From positions 9,901-73,900 of the forward strand of contig JBKJRD010000014.1 of assembly GCA_046594885.1 (NCBI GenBank): DNA of 64,000 nucleotides. Direction: 5' to 3'. A model generated the notes under the pieces. It was not told the DNA's origin, searched no databases, and worked only from the letters and a program-made list of their open reading frames with translations. A program made the position numbers and the translations under genes. The DNA is from Methylotenera sp. (GTDB taxonomy: Bacteria > Pseudomonadota > Gammaproteobacteria > Burkholderiales > Methylophilaceae). This document shows, piece after piece, positions 11,242 to 24,181 of this stretch. Position 1 is the first letter of the stretch; the number at the start of each line of letters is the position of its first letter.

Positions 11242-11297
11242 ATTTTGTACTCTAAAAAGGGTTAACTATTGATTAGCGCCACCAACAATATGCGTAC

Positions 11298-13142
11298 TTA
11301 AGCTTTGTATATCTGGCCAATTGATAAGTTGCTGACTTTACGACGATAACCATAAATCAAATTGACAATTGCGCGTGATACCAAAACTGCACTAAACATT
11401 GACGTTAATATGCCCAGCACATGCACGACAGCAAAGCCTTTAATGGGTCCTGTGCCAAACATAAACAGTGCCAAACCAGCGATTAAGGTCGTTACGTTAG
11501 AGTCTAAAATCGTATCGAACGCTCTGTCGTAACCTGCATGAATACTGGCTTGTGGCGTATTGCCATTGCGTAATTCTTCACGAATGCGCTCATTAATGAG
11601 TACGTTAGCATCAATCGCCATGCCTAATGCCAACGCAATCGCCGCCAAGCCGGGTAGGGTGAGCGTAGCTTGTAACATAGATAATAGCGCTACCAGCAAT
11701 AGCAGATTAATGCCTAACGCCAATACAGAAACGCCGCCAAAAACCATGTAATAAATCATCATCATGACCGCAATCGCGGCAAACCCCCATAGCGTGGAAT
11801 GCACACCGCGCTTGATATTTTCTTCACCCATGCTCGGGCCAACGGTACGTTCTTCAATGATTTCCATTGGCGCCGCCAGCGCACCAGCACGCAAAAGTAG
11901 CGCAATGTCTGTGGCTTCTTGCGTGTTATCCATGCCAGAAATCTGCACACGTCCGCCACCAATTTCTTCATTAATCACTGGCGCAGTAATTACTTCGACG
12001 CTGCCTTTTTCAATCAGCAAAATTGCCATGCGTTTGCCCACGTTATCACGGGTTACATTTTTAAAAATACCCGCACCGCGACCATCTAAAGTCACATTGA
12101 CAACCGATCTGCCAGTTTGATTATCCACGCCTGGCCCTGCATCGGTAATGCGATCACCAGTTAGCACCACGTTTTTTTTCACTAAAATAGGGTTGCCATC
12201 ACGATCTTTATACACCTCATCGCCAAATGGCACTTGGCCTTTGGCTGCGGCTTCCAGTGTCGCTAAATCTTTTTTATCTTCGTCTACCAAACGAATTTCA
12301 AGCGTTGCGGTGCGGCCTAAAATCTCTTTGGCTTTGGCGGTATCTTGCACGCCTGGCAATTGCACCACAATACGGTCGAAACCTTGTTGCTGCACGATGG
12401 GTTCTGCAACGCCCAGCTCGTTGATGCGATTATGCAAAGTTTGTAAATTTTGTTTGAGCGCAAATTCTTGAATTTTCCGTTTTGCCGCTTCACCGATAGT
12501 CGCCGTTAATACTTGCTCTTTACCATCCGTTGAGTCGTTCAGTGTCAAATCAGGATAATCTTTACTCAACACTTTACGTGCGGCTTCTAAGTCTTTTTGT
12601 TCACTAAAGCGCACTTCTACTTTTTGGCCTTCGCGCGAAATACCAAAATAATTCACTTTTTCACGACGTAGCGTTGTGCGAAAATCGCCCACGCTACTTT
12701 CGGCTGATTTATCTAATGCCGCTTTCATATCTACTTGCAATAGAAAATGCACGCCGCCGCGTAAATCTAAACCCAAATACATGGGTTTTGCACCAATGCT
12801 CAACAACCAATTTGGCGTTTGCGATAATAGATTTAATGCAACCGTGTAATCTTTACCTAAATTAGCGATTAGCTTATCTTTGGCTTTAATTTGCGCTTCA
12901 GGGTCGGCAAAGCGCACTTTTACGCCATTGGCATCCAAGTAAATACCATTGAAAGGCACGTTGGCTAATGTAAGCGTCGCCTCTACTTTGCTTAATAATG
13001 CCGCATCTGCTTTTAAGGATGTTTTGGCGGGGCTTACTTGCACAGCGGGCGATTCACCAAAAAAATTGGGTATGGTATACAGCAGGCCAATCAGAAAAAT
13101 AAAGCCGATTAAAATGTATTTCCAGGTAGGGTAGCGGTTCAT
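11298..13142 (-). CDS. secD: Protein translocase subunit SecD
   Basis: Motifs LGLDLRGGVHF, RINELGVAEP, VGPSMG and IDANVLINERIREE. Confidence 0.98.
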   Translation of the reverse strand: MNRYPTWKYILIGFIFLIGLLYTIPNFFGESPAVQVSPAKTSLKADAALLSKVEATLTLANVPFNGIYLDANGVKVRFADPEAQIKAKDKLIANLGKDYTVALNLLSQTPNWLLSIGAKPMYLGLDLRGGVHFLLQVDMKAALDKSAESSVGDFRTTLRREKVNYFGISREGQKVEVRFSEQKDLEAARKVLSKDYPDLTLNDSTDGKEQVLTATIGEAAKRKIQEFALKQNLQTLHNRINELGVAEPIVQQQGFDRIVVQLPGVQDTAKAKEILGRTATLEIRLVDEDKKDLATLEAAAKGQVPFGDEVYKDRDGNPILVKKNVVLTGDRITDAGPGVDNQTGRSVVNVTLDGRGAGIFKNVTRDNVGKRMAILLIEKGSVEVITAPVINEEIGGGRVQISGMDNTQEATDIALLLRAGALAAPMEIIEERTVGPSMGEENIKRGVHSTLWGFAAIAVMMMIYYMVFGGVSVLALGINLLLLVALLSMLQATLTLPGLAAIALALGMAIDANVLINERIREELRNGNTPQASIHAGYDRAFDTILDSNVTTLIAGLALFMFGTGPIKGFAVVHVLGILTSMFSAVLVSRAIVNLIYGYRRKVSNLSIGQIYKA

Positions 13143-13292
13143 AAATGCGGCTCAAAAATACTAAAAATGCACATTAAATTAAGTGACAATTTTAGTTTAA
13201 GTAAAGTGATTAGGTTAAAAAGTTAACACTTTTAAATGGTTAAGTTTTATTAAAACAGCTAGATGCAAACGTTTATAGCGTTTAATTGACAA

Positions 13293-13607
13293 TTAAATAC
13301 CTTTAATCGTGCCCGGCGGTAATAATGTTTGCACAGCGTGTTTTTGTACATGAATAGTGGTATTGCTCGCAATTTCAATGCTCACAAAGCTATCGCCCAC
13401 TTTGCTTATTTTGCCAACCACACCGCCAGTAGTCGCCACTTCATCGCCAGCTTTTAAGCTTTCAATCATGGCTTTTTGCTGCTTGGCTTGCTTCATTTGC
13501 GGACGAATGAGCATAAAATAAAACAAAGCGAAAATGATTAAAATCGGTAAAAAACTCATTAAATCGCCACCTGGACCAGGCGCTGCGTATGCATTGCTAA
13601 TAAACAT
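13293..13607 (-). CDS. yajC: Preprotein translocase subunit YajC
   Basis: MFISNAYAA...FYFMLIRPQMK...GDEVATTGG; an AGGA ribosome-binding site precedes the ATG at 13607. Confidence 0.95.
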   Translation of the reverse strand: MFISNAYAAPGPGGDLMSFLPILIIFALFYFMLIRPQMKQAKQQKAMIESLKAGDEVATTGGVVGKISKVGDSFVSIEIASNTTIHVQKHAVQTLLPPGTIKGI

Positions 13608-13816
13608 AGTTAATTTTCCTAATGAATGGATATCATAATTTTTTGAATATATGATTTTAACATACACTATCTTCTTAAGAAGATGAATTTAATACTAGGC
13701 GTGTTTGGTGATTTAGTTATCTAAATTAATATAGATACATCTGGTTTAAATTGTATATTTTTTTGCCAAATATGGCGCTTGCATGATTAGTGTGAAGAGT
13801 TTTCAGGAGAATTGAA

Positions 13817-16038
<2,222 letters not shown>

Positions 16039-16121
16039 TTAATTTTAAGCCGCGATACTAACATACCAGCGCACTTAGCTTAAAATGGCGCAATAAAGCG
16101 TTTGCATGGCTGCGATATTGC

Positions 16122-16152
16122 AAAACTTAACCCATAAAAAGGGTTAAGTTTT
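16122..16152. repeat. 12-bp inverted repeat AAAACTTAACCC-N7-GGGTTAAGTTTT in the tgt/pssA divergent region
   Basis: Read directly; contains two copies of the GGGTTAAGT motif. Confidence 0.85.
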
Positions 16153-16221
16153 TAATTATAACGAGCAAAACCAACATGCTTTGCTATACTGAACATTCAT
16201 TTTATTAGCAGGCTAACCATT

Positions 16222-17007
16222 ATGGCTATTGTTAAATCACGCGCAACGCGCAAACCAGTCGAAGCATTAAAATCACGCGGCATTTATTTGCTGCCTAATT
16301 TATTTACTTCTGCCGCTTTATTTGCGGGCTTTTACGCCATTGTGCAAGCCATGAACTTTAACTTTGAGCAATCTGCGATTGCCATTTTTATTGCCATGGT
16401 GATGGACGGTTTGGATGGCCGCGTCGCGCGTATGACCAATACCACCAGCGCATTTGGTGCAGAGTACGACAGTTTGTCCGATATGGTGTCTTTTGGCGTA
16501 GCGCCAGCGTTAATCATGTATGTTTGGGCACTCAAACCGATGGGAAAACTAGGCTGGATTGCCGCATTTATTTACTGCGCCTGCGCAGCGTTAAGGTTAG
16601 CGCGTTTTAATACCAAGTTAGAAGACGAACATCAAGATAAACGCTACTTTCAGGGCTTGCCAAGTCCTGCAGCTGCGGCGTTGTTGGCCGGTTTTGTGTG
16701 GGTTTCGTACGAATATAATGTGGATGGACGCGAAATATTTTTTGGCGCGATTCAAATTAAATGGTTGGCATGGGGCTTAACAGTATTTGCGGCAGGCAGC
16801 ATGGTAAGCGATCTTAAATTTTACAGTGCAAAAGATGTTAACTTGAAAGAAAGCGTACCATTTGTGGCTATTTTAGCCATTGTCATGGCATTCGTTTTAG
16901 TTTCATATAGCCCGCCAGAAGTGCTGTTTACGGTGGTTTTGGTCTATGCGTTATCAGGCTATTATTTATGGGCTAAATCCAGATTAAGTAAAAAAATAAA
17001 AATTTAA
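16222..17007 (+). CDS. pssA: CDP-diacylglycerol--serine O-phosphatidyltransferase
   Basis: CDP-alcohol phosphotransferase motif DGLDGRVARMTNTTSAFGAEYDSLSDMVSFG; ALRLARFN. Confidence 0.93.
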   Translation: MAIVKSRATRKPVEALKSRGIYLLPNLFTSAALFAGFYAIVQAMNFNFEQSAIAIFIAMVMDGLDGRVARMTNTTSAFGAEYDSLSDMVSFGVAPALIMYVWALKPMGKLGWIAAFIYCACAALRLARFNTKLEDEHQDKRYFQGLPSPAAAALLAGFVWVSYEYNVDGREIFFGAIQIKWLAWGLTVFAAGSMVSDLKFYSAKDVNLKESVPFVAILAIVMAFVLVSYSPPEVLFTVVLVYALSGYYLWAKSRLSKKIKI

Positions 17008-17021
17008 TCACTGTTAACTGC

Positions 17022-17050
17022 TTGAAAGTTAATCGTTAAATCCCTATACT
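17022..17050 (+). promoter_or_regulatory. Sigma70-type promoter of the leuA leader (TTGAAA-N17-TATACT)
   Basis: -35 at 17022-17027, -10 at 17045-17050; predicted +1 near 17057. Confidence 0.7.
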
Positions 17051-17056
17051 ATTGAT

Positions 17057-17179
17057 ATGTTGAATTCATTCACATTTCAAATTACACCATTTCACGCTGG
17101 CTTATTATTAAGTCTAGTGCTGCTGCGCTCTACATTTGCGCTACGCTCAGCTTCGCTGCTGCGCGGTAGCGCACACTAA
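17057..17179 (+). CDS. leuL: Leucine-rich leader peptide of leuA (40 aa, 10 Leu), not in the ORF track
   Basis: Translated by hand: MLNSFTFQITPFHAGLLLSLVLLRSTFALRSASLLRGSAH*; lies directly upstream of leuA and is followed by alternative hairpins. Confidence 0.8.
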   Translation: MLNSFTFQITPFHAGLLLSLVLLRSTFALRSASLLRGSAH

Positions 17180-17328
17180 ACCTACACCTAAAAATTAAGT
17201 TTTTACGCTCGCTGATTTTCTAGTTGGATAATTTCTAACTGGATAGTTAGAAAGGCAGCAGCTAAAATTATTGCAATTGCATTTTGCGGCGTTAAAACGC
17301 TTGCCGCAAACATTAGGAATATAAAATC

Positions 17329-18882
17329 ATGGAAACAGTGAACCATAAACCAAACCAAATTATTATTTTTGACACCACTTTGCGTGATGGCGAACAAAGC
17401 CCGGGTGCGTCGATGACCAAAGAAGAAAAAATCCGTATCGCCCGTCAGCTTGAAAAATTGGGCGTTAATGTGATTGAAGCAGGCTTTGCCGCTGCCAGCC
17501 CAGGGGATTTTGAGGCGATTTCAGAAATCGCCAGAATCATTAAAAACTCAACCGTTTGCTCACTTGCGCGCGCCAGTGAGAATGATGTGCGTCGCGCTGG
17601 TGAGGCGATTAAACACGCAGCTTCTGGCCGTATTCATACGTTTATTGCCACCAGCAAAATCCATATGGAAAACAAATTAAGAATGACCGAAGACCAAGTG
17701 GTGGAACGCGCTGTGCAAGCTGTGAAATGGGCGTTGGAATATACGCCCGACGTGGAATTTTCTGCCGAAGACGCCGTGCGTTCAGAAATTGATTTTTTAG
17801 TGCGTGTGTTTGATGCGGTGATCGAAGCGGGTGCCAAAACCATTAATGTGCCCGATACCGTGGGTTATTCAATTCCTGCGCCATGGGGCGAAACCATGAA
17901 GACTTTAATTAGTCGCGTTAAAAACAGTGACCAAGTCGTTTGGAGTACGCATTGCCATAATGATTTGGGCATGGCGGTAGCCAATTCATTGGCCGCAGTA
18001 ATGGGTGGCGCGCGTCAAGTGGAATGTACGATTAACGGTTTGGGTGAGCGTGCAGGTAATGCCAGTTTAGAAGAAGTGGTGATGGCGTTACGCACACGTA
18101 AAGATATTTTTAATTTAGAGACCAGTATTGACACCACGCAAATTGTGCCAACCTCTAAATTGGTTTCCACCATCACTGGCTACCCAGTGCAACCGAATAA
18201 GGCGATTGTGGGTGCGAATGCCTTTGCGCATGAAAGCGGCATTCACCAAGATGGCGTTTTAAAACATCGCGAAACCTATGAAATTATGCGCGCAGAAGAT
18301 GTGGGCTGGAATGCGAACAAATTAACTTTGGGTAAATTATCTGGTCGCAATGCGTTTAGAACGCGCTTGGGTGAATTGGGCATTGAGTTGCAATCAGAAG
18401 ATGCGATGAACGCCGCTTTTGCGCGATTTAAAAATTTAGCCGATAAAAAATCAGAAATTTTTGATGAAGATTTGCATGCATTGGTGAGTGGCGAATTTGT
18501 ACACCAAACTAGCGAAAATTATAAATTGGTGTATTTGCAAGTGGCTAGCCAAACCGGCGAAGTGCCACACGCCATGATTACTTTATCGGATAACAGCGTA
18601 GAAAAACGCGCCGAAGCCGATGGCGGCGGGCCAGTGGATGCTACGTTCAAAGCGATTGAAAGTATGGTGAATAGCGGCGCTGAGTTGCAATTATATTCTG
18701 TGAATAATATTACCAGCGGCACCGATGCGCAGGGTGAAGTAACCGTGCGTTTAGCAAAAGGCGGCCGCATTGTGAATGGGCAGGGCGCAGATACCGATAT
18801 TGTAGTGGCTTCAGCTAAGGCTTATTTGAATGGATTAAATAAATTGTATTCAAAAAATGAGAAGATGAACCCACAACTTTGA
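17329..18882 (+). CDS. leuA: 2-isopropylmalate synthase
   Basis: Motifs [32 protein letters not shown] and HESGIHQDG; C-terminal regulatory domain present. Confidence 0.98.
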   Translation: METVNHKPNQIIIFDTTLRDGEQSPGASMTKEEKIRIARQLEKLGVNVIEAGFAAASPGDFEAISEIARIIKNSTVCSLARASENDVRRAGEAIKHAASGRIHTFIATSKIHMENKLRMTEDQVVERAVQAVKWALEYTPDVEFSAEDAVRSEIDFLVRVFDAVIEAGAKTINVPDTVGYSIPAPWGETMKTLISRVKNSDQVVWSTHCHNDLGMAVANSLAAVMGGARQVECTINGLGERAGNASLEEVVMALRTRKDIFNLETSIDTTQIVPTSKLVSTITGYPVQPNKAIVGANAFAHESGIHQDGVLKHRETYEIMRAEDVGWNANKLTLGKLSGRNAFRTRLGELGIELQSEDAMNAAFARFKNLADKKSEIFDEDLHALVSGEFVHQTSENYKLVYLQVASQTGEVPHAMITLSDNSVEKRAEADGGGPVDATFKAIESMVNSGAELQLYSVNNITSGTDAQGEVTVRLAKGGRIVNGQGADTDIVVASAKAYLNGLNKLYSKNEKMNPQL

Positions 18883-19005
18883 TTTTTGGATTTTATTGTG
18901 TGTAGTAAATAGCTGAAACTTAAAAACAATTATAAATGGAATCGCATAACGTTTAGTGCGACGCCATTTCTTTACATGGTTTTTAACTAAAAAACGCTAA
19001 TGATC

Positions 19006-19683
19006 TTACTGCAACACGAATAGCATGGTTGCATACAGCATTAAGCTGGCACCAAACATTTCCAGGCCTTCTTCTATAGCAACCTCCAGCAGATACCATG
19101 TTTTTAGCTCATCTACGTGTAAATATTCATAGCCGATAATTTCGAGTACCACACCGCCCAATAAAAATGCTATTAAGCCAGCGGCAAAAATAGTCAGTTG
19201 TTTGCGATAATATTGCCATAAATCCATAATTGAATTTCTGAAAACAAGCATAAAGCTAACCACTAATAACAAATAAACAGGAATCCACAGACCGTTATTG
19301 TTTTTGAATCTGGGCAGCCATTCAATTGAGATAAACTGAAAACTTAATTTTTCATGAAAGCTGACCGCCTCATCTAGTGACAAAAATATAAAACCGATAG
19401 CCACCAAGCTCAAAAATAGCTGCGAAAAACGTTTGGGCTGAGGTATTTTATAATGACGAATAAGCAATAAAAAACCAACGCAAAAAAGCTGAATGCTTGA
19501 AAACCAAGAGGGGAAAGTAAGCTCCCCGTCTAAATCAATGATTTCGTGGGGTTTGCCAAATAACAGAAAAATATGGTTCATCACATAAAATGTGACGATA
19601 CAAAACTCAATCATGATGAGACTTAAAAAAGCGCACTTAGCATGAACTTTATTCAAGTTAAGAACTAAATTTTGGTCGGACAT
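19006..19683 (-). CDS. Multi-pass membrane protein of unknown function
   Basis: About 6 hydrophobic segments; motifs FLSLDEAVSFHE and IEEGLEMFG. Confidence 0.65.
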   Translation of the reverse strand: MSDQNLVLNLNKVHAKCAFLSLIMIEFCIVTFYVMNHIFLLFGKPHEIIDLDGELTFPSWFSSIQLFCVGFLLLIRHYKIPQPKRFSQLFLSLVAIGFIFLSLDEAVSFHEKLSFQFISIEWLPRFKNNNGLWIPVYLLLVVSFMLVFRNSIMDLWQYYRKQLTIFAAGLIAFLLGGVVLEIIGYEYLHVDELKTWYLLEVAIEEGLEMFGASLMLYATMLFVLQ

Positions 19684-19807
19684 GATTGTTTCCTTATTTT
19701 TACTTATAACTATAATATATGTAAGCAGCGCTCATATGAGCACAATATAATCGTGGCTATACTCAGTATAGCTACTTGCGCATAACTTTTAGAAAATACA
19801 CGAAAAT

Positions 19808-20689
19808 TTGCTCAAAAATAAAAATCAACTGTTGCTGATTGTCGTAGCACTGTTTTGCACCTACTTTATTTGGGGTTCGACTTACTTAGCCATCAAATTT
19901 GGCATTGAAAGTTTTCCGCCATTTTTGATGGCTGGTATACGTTTTGCGGTAGCTGGTGCTATGTTGTATGTGGTCATGCGTTTTCTCGGTTCGCCGAACC
20001 CAACCAAACAGCAGTGGCTGGGCGCAATAGCAGTCGGCATTTTGTTGCCTGCGTTGGGTAACGGCACGGTGTGCTATGTGCAGCAAACGGTTTCGTCCAG
20101 TGTAGCGGCACTTTCAATTGCTACTGCACCCATCTGGATGGCGATTTTTTCATCGATTTGGGGGCATAAAATCACGCGGCAGGAATGGCTGGGCATTGCG
20201 GTTGGTTTGGTTGGTATTGTGCTATTAAATGTGGGTGGCAGTTTGCATGGCCAGTTATTTAGCGCGCTATTGTTGATTTTTGCGGCGGCCAGCTGGTCAT
20301 TTGGCTCGGTCTGGGGCAAGCATTTAAGCATGCCTTCTGGCTTAATGGCGCCCGCCTGCCAGATGTTGATGGGTGGTATTGCTTTACTCCTATTTAGCGC
20401 TTTTCAAGGCGAACAGTATCCAAGCGTGATTAGTGTAAAATCTTGGGCGGCTATGTTGTTTTTAATTGTGTTGGGTTCGCTGGTGGCGTATAGCGCGTAT
20501 CAATATTTGCTTAAAACGGTGCGCCCGCTTGTTGCCAGCAGTAATACCTTTGTGAATCCAATCGTGGCATTTGCGCTGGGTATTTGGTTGGCAAATGAAC
20601 AGGTTTCGCCAACTGAGTATACTGCGCTGGCGGTGATTTTAGTCGGTGTATTTTTGGTGCTTACGGCTGGCAATCAGAAATTAGGCTAA
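19808..20689 (+). CDS. EamA/DMT family drug-metabolite exporter, YedA-like
   Basis: Motifs YFIWGSTYLAIK, PPFLMAGIRF and YSAYQYLL...NPIVA. Confidence 0.9.
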   Translation: MLKNKNQLLLIVVALFCTYFIWGSTYLAIKFGIESFPPFLMAGIRFAVAGAMLYVVMRFLGSPNPTKQQWLGAIAVGILLPALGNGTVCYVQQTVSSSVAALSIATAPIWMAIFSSIWGHKITRQEWLGIAVGLVGIVLLNVGGSLHGQLFSALLLIFAAASWSFGSVWGKHLSMPSGLMAPACQMLMGGIALLLFSAFQGEQYPSVISVKSWAAMLFLIVLGSLVAYSAYQYLLKTVRPLVASSNTFVNPIVAFALGIWLANEQVSPTEYTALAVILVGVFLVLTAGNQKLG

Positions 20690-20755
20690 AAAAAGTGTTA
20701 AGTTGCTTTGTTTTAATCTCTTTTTTACTATTTTAATTTACATATTATGGAGTAA

Positions 20756-21421
20756 ATGTTGAATTTAGCTTTATTTGATTTGGATAACACTTTATTAGCA
20801 GGCGATTCTGATTACAACTGGAGTTTGTTTTTGATTGACCAAGGGTTGCTGGATGCCAATACGCATCACGACCGCAATGAACAATTTTACTTGGATTATA
20901 AAAATGGCAACTTAGATATTTTTGCTTTTTTAAAATTTCAACTGCAACCTCTAAGTCAACATCCTAAAGATTTTTTAGATCAATTACACATTAAGTATAT
21001 GCAGAATGTGATTAAGCCGATGATGACAGACAAAGCGCAAGCCTTGGTGAATCAGCATAAAACGGCAGGAGATTTATGCGTGGTGATTACTGCGACGAAC
21101 AGTTTTGTCACCAAACCAATCGCTACCGCTTACGGCATTGAGCATTTAATCGGCACCGACCCTGAAATGCTCAATGGGCAATTTACCGGCGGCGTGACTG
21201 GCGTGCCGAGTTTTCAACAAGGTAAAGTGACACGGATAAACCTATGGTTGGCAGAACGCGGAAAAAGCTTAAATGATTTTGAGAAAAGCTATTTTTACAG
21301 CGATTCGCACAATGATTTGCCATTGATGCAATTGGTGACGCATCCTATCGCGGTGGATGCAGATGCGACTTTAACCACGTACGCACAACAAAATAATTGG
21401 CCAATTATTAGCCTGCGCTGA
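20756..21421 (+). CDS. HAD-IB family hydrolase (SerB-like / histidinol-phosphatase-like)
   Basis: Motifs FDLDNTLLAGDSD, TATN and YSDSHNDLPLM. Confidence 0.88.
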   Translation: MLNLALFDLDNTLLAGDSDYNWSLFLIDQGLLDANTHHDRNEQFYLDYKNGNLDIFAFLKFQLQPLSQHPKDFLDQLHIKYMQNVIKPMMTDKAQALVNQHKTAGDLCVVITATNSFVTKPIATAYGIEHLIGTDPEMLNGQFTGGVTGVPSFQQGKVTRINLWLAERGKSLNDFEKSYFYSDSHNDLPLMQLVTHPIAVDADATLTTYAQQNNWPIISLR

Positions 21422-21451
21422 GTGTTAAGTCGATAATGTTACTTATTCAAT

Positions 21452-22288
21452 CTAGCGATTTAGTAATACTTCTAAAATAAATTTACTGCCCAAATAAGCC
21501 AGTAATAACAGCACAAAACCAATTAGCGTCCAGCGAATGGCTTTAACGCCGCGCCAGCCAAATTGGTAGCGTCCGTATAATAGCCAGCCATAAATCAGCC
21601 AAGAGGCGATTGAAAAAATAGTTTTGTGATTAAACTGCAATGGTTTGCCAAAAATATGCTCGCTAAACAGCATGCCACTCAACAATGTTAAGGTAAGTAA
21701 AAAGAAGCCAATTGCAATCACTCTAAATAGCAAACTTTCCATCACCATTAACGGCGGAAAACTGGGTAGTTTAAAGGGCGTTGGCTTGTTGTGTAAGCTG
21801 CGCTCTGCCACCGCCATCAACAGCGCGTGTAACGCGGCAAAAGTGAATAAGCTATATGCCAAAATAGCAATGGCAATATGCGCGATAAATAATCCATTGT
21901 CTACTTCGGCAAAATAGTGATTTTTGATGGCGAATGCAGGCAATAAAACAAAAACTGCCGCGGGCGGCAACACAAACGCTTGCAAGCTTTGCAATTGATG
22001 TTTTAAGCTGGCCAGCCAGTAAATGAGCACCGTTAACCAAAAAATGGCCGATAGTGCATAATAAAAGCCTAAATTAATGTTACCAACACTCAACATGTCG
22101 CGATACAGCAACCAACCATGCAACATTAAACCCAGCGCAATAATAGCAGAATGCAGTTTAGATGAATCGGCATAATGACTTAACTTAGCTTTGCGCCAGA
22201 AATCGGCTGCAACGGCGATATAAATAAAAGCCACAACCAAATAAGGAATGAACAAATAAGGAATGGAATAGTGCAGGGAGTTTTGCAT
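21452..22288 (-). CDS. YpjD / CcsA-like inner-membrane protein
   Basis: About 8 TM helices; HKTIFSIASWLIYGWLL and AYLGSKF; divergent from ffh as in many proteobacteria. Confidence 0.88.
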   Translation of the reverse strand: MQNSLHYSIPYLFIPYLVVAFIYIAVAADFWRKAKLSHYADSSKLHSAIIALGLMLHGWLLYRDMLSVGNINLGFYYALSAIFWLTVLIYWLASLKHQLQSLQAFVLPPAAVFVLLPAFAIKNHYFAEVDNGLFIAHIAIAILAYSLFTFAALHALLMAVAERSLHNKPTPFKLPSFPPLMVMESLLFRVIAIGFFLLTLTLLSGMLFSEHIFGKPLQFNHKTIFSIASWLIYGWLLYGRYQFGWRGVKAIRWTLIGFVLLLLAYLGSKFILEVLLNR

Positions 22289-22382
22289 ATGACAATTATG
22301 GCAAAACTCGTCTAATTAGCATAGCTTGATGTAAAATTAGTGTGTATTTTCATTCAAGCAATTTTAAAGGTCATCCCCCAAC

Positions 22383-23747
22383 ATGTTAGAAAACTTAACT
22401 GGGCGCTTACAGGGCGTCATCAAAAACCTGCGCGGCCAAGCGCGATTAACGGAAGAAAATATGAGTGATGCCATGCGCGAAGTGCGCATGGCTTTATTAG
22501 AGGCCGATGTGGCTTTGCCAGTGGTAAAAGACTTTATTACCAAAGTAAAAGAGCGCGCGCAGGGCAAAGACGTGCTGCAAAGCTTAACGCCAGGGCAAGC
22601 AGTGATTGAGGTGGTGAATCAAGAGCTGACAGAGTTGATGGGTAAAGCCAATGTTGGTTTAAATTTAGCCACACAACCACCGGCAATTATCCTCATGGCG
22701 GGTTTACAGGGCTCTGGTAAAACAACCACATCAGCCAAATTAGCAAAGCTATTAAAAGAGCAAAAGAAAAAAGTGCTGCTGGCGAGTGCCGATATTTATC
22801 GTCCAGCGGCAATCACGCAACTGCAAACATTGGCTAAGCAATTAAATATTGATTGTTTTGATAGTAACGTTAATCAAAAGCCGCTTGATATTGCGCACGA
22901 TGCGTTGGCTTTTGCTAAGCGCGGCTACTATGACGTTTTAATTTTTGATACCGCAGGCCGTTTGGGTATTGATGAAGCCATGATGGCGGAAATTAAAGCG
23001 CTGCATGATTACCTAAAACCAATCGAAACCTTATTCGTAGTGGATGCCATGCAAGGTCAAGATGCGGTGAATACCGCTAAGGCTTTTGGCGAAACCTTAC
23101 CCTTAACTGGCGTGGTATTAACCAAATTAGATGGTGATGCACGTGGCGGCGCCGCATTGTCCGTGCGGCAGGTGACAGGCAAGCCGATTAAGTTTATCGG
23201 CGTAAGCGAAAAAGTAGATGGATTAGAGCCGTTTTACCCAGACCGTATGGCTGGACGCATATTGGGCATGGGCGATGTGCTGGGCTTGATTGAGCAAGCG
23301 CATAAAAACGTTGATATGCTTGAAGCACAAAAGGTTGCCGATAAAATAAAATCAGGCAGTAAATTTGATCTGGAAGATTTTAAAAGCCAAATGAGTCAGA
23401 TGCGAAAAATGGGCGGCATGGGCGCGTTAATGGATAAAATGCCCGCACAGATGGCCAATATGGCGGCTAAGGTCAACAATGAAGATGCTGACAAATCGTT
23501 GCGGCGCATTGAAGGAATCATCAACAGCATGACGCCGCTTGAGCGTAAAAAACCAGAGTTGATTAAAGCCACCCGCAAAAAACGCATTGCCGCGGGCAGC
23601 GGGGTACAAGTGCAAGAAGTGAATCGTTTATTAAAACAGTTTGAAGAAACGCAAAAAATGATGAAAATGTTCAGCAAAGGTGGCATGGCAAAAATGATGC
23701 GTGGTATGGGCAGCATGATGGGCGCAAAATTACCGGGCATGCGTTAA
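22383..23747 (+). CDS. ffh: Signal recognition particle protein
   Basis: Motifs GLQGSGKTT, DTAGR and TKLDGDARGG; Met-rich M domain. Confidence 0.98.
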   Translation: MLENLTGRLQGVIKNLRGQARLTEENMSDAMREVRMALLEADVALPVVKDFITKVKERAQGKDVLQSLTPGQAVIEVVNQELTELMGKANVGLNLATQPPAIILMAGLQGSGKTTTSAKLAKLLKEQKKKVLLASADIYRPAAITQLQTLAKQLNIDCFDSNVNQKPLDIAHDALAFAKRGYYDVLIFDTAGRLGIDEAMMAEIKALHDYLKPIETLFVVDAMQGQDAVNTAKAFGETLPLTGVVLTKLDGDARGGAALSVRQVTGKPIKFIGVSEKVDGLEPFYPDRMAGRILGMGDVLGLIEQAHKNVDMLEAQKVADKIKSGSKFDLEDFKSQMSQMRKMGGMGALMDKMPAQMANMAAKVNNEDADKSLRRIEGIINSMTPLERKKPELIKATRKKRIAAGSGVQVQEVNRLLKQFEETQKMMKMFSKGGMAKMMRGMGSMMGAKLPGMR

Positions 23748-23958
23748 AGCTATCAAGCTAGCTGCAAGTTAATTCAAACTAAGCATTCTGCAAACAAATT
23801 CAAACACCTTAGACACTTTATTATTGCAAAACTAGCTTATTGCTAGGTTTGAATTTATCTGTTTTGATGCGTTAACTTAAAAACGACCACTGTTTTATGG
23901 TGGGTGCTTGCGTAAAAATGAAAGAATATAAAAAGATAATTTATTTAGCAGCATAGCA

Positions 23959-23987
23959 TTGACCAAAGCCGGAGATTCTTGCATAAT
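23959..23987 (+). promoter_or_regulatory. Stable-RNA-type sigma70 promoter for tRNA-Lys (TTGACC-N17-CATAAT followed by a GC-rich discriminator)
   Basis: -35 at 23959-23964, -10 at 23982-23987, then TGCGCCC. Confidence 0.7.
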
Positions 23988-24070
23988 TGCGCCCTTTCGT
24001 GAGTGATGTAAATCAAGTGCGAAAATGACCAGAATCACAGATTTACCCATTAGCAATCAGTTGTAAAAAT

Positions 24071-24146
24071 GGGGCGTTAGCTCAGCTGGTAGAGCAGCGG
24101 ACTTTTAATCCGTTTGTCGTGGGTTCGATCCCCGCACGCCCTACCA
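24071..24146 (+). tRNA. tRNA-Lys (anticodon TTT)
   Basis: 76-nt cloverleaf: acceptor GGGGCGT/ACGCCCT, D arm AGCTCAGCTGGTAGAGC, anticodon loop CTTTTAA, T loop GTTCGATC, encoded CCA. Confidence 0.97.
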
Positions 24147-24181
24147 ATTCAGTGTTTTGCAAAGTATCAGAACACATCTAG

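Noticed and set aside
17160-17175. TGCGCG-GTAG-CGCACA, a one-mismatch match to the proposed Crp-family site
   Set aside because: It lies inside the leuL coding sequence (LRGSAH). The nearest TAnnnT is 20 nt away on + and none sits at 21-22 nt on -, so it is probably a coincidence and is not counted among the five sites.
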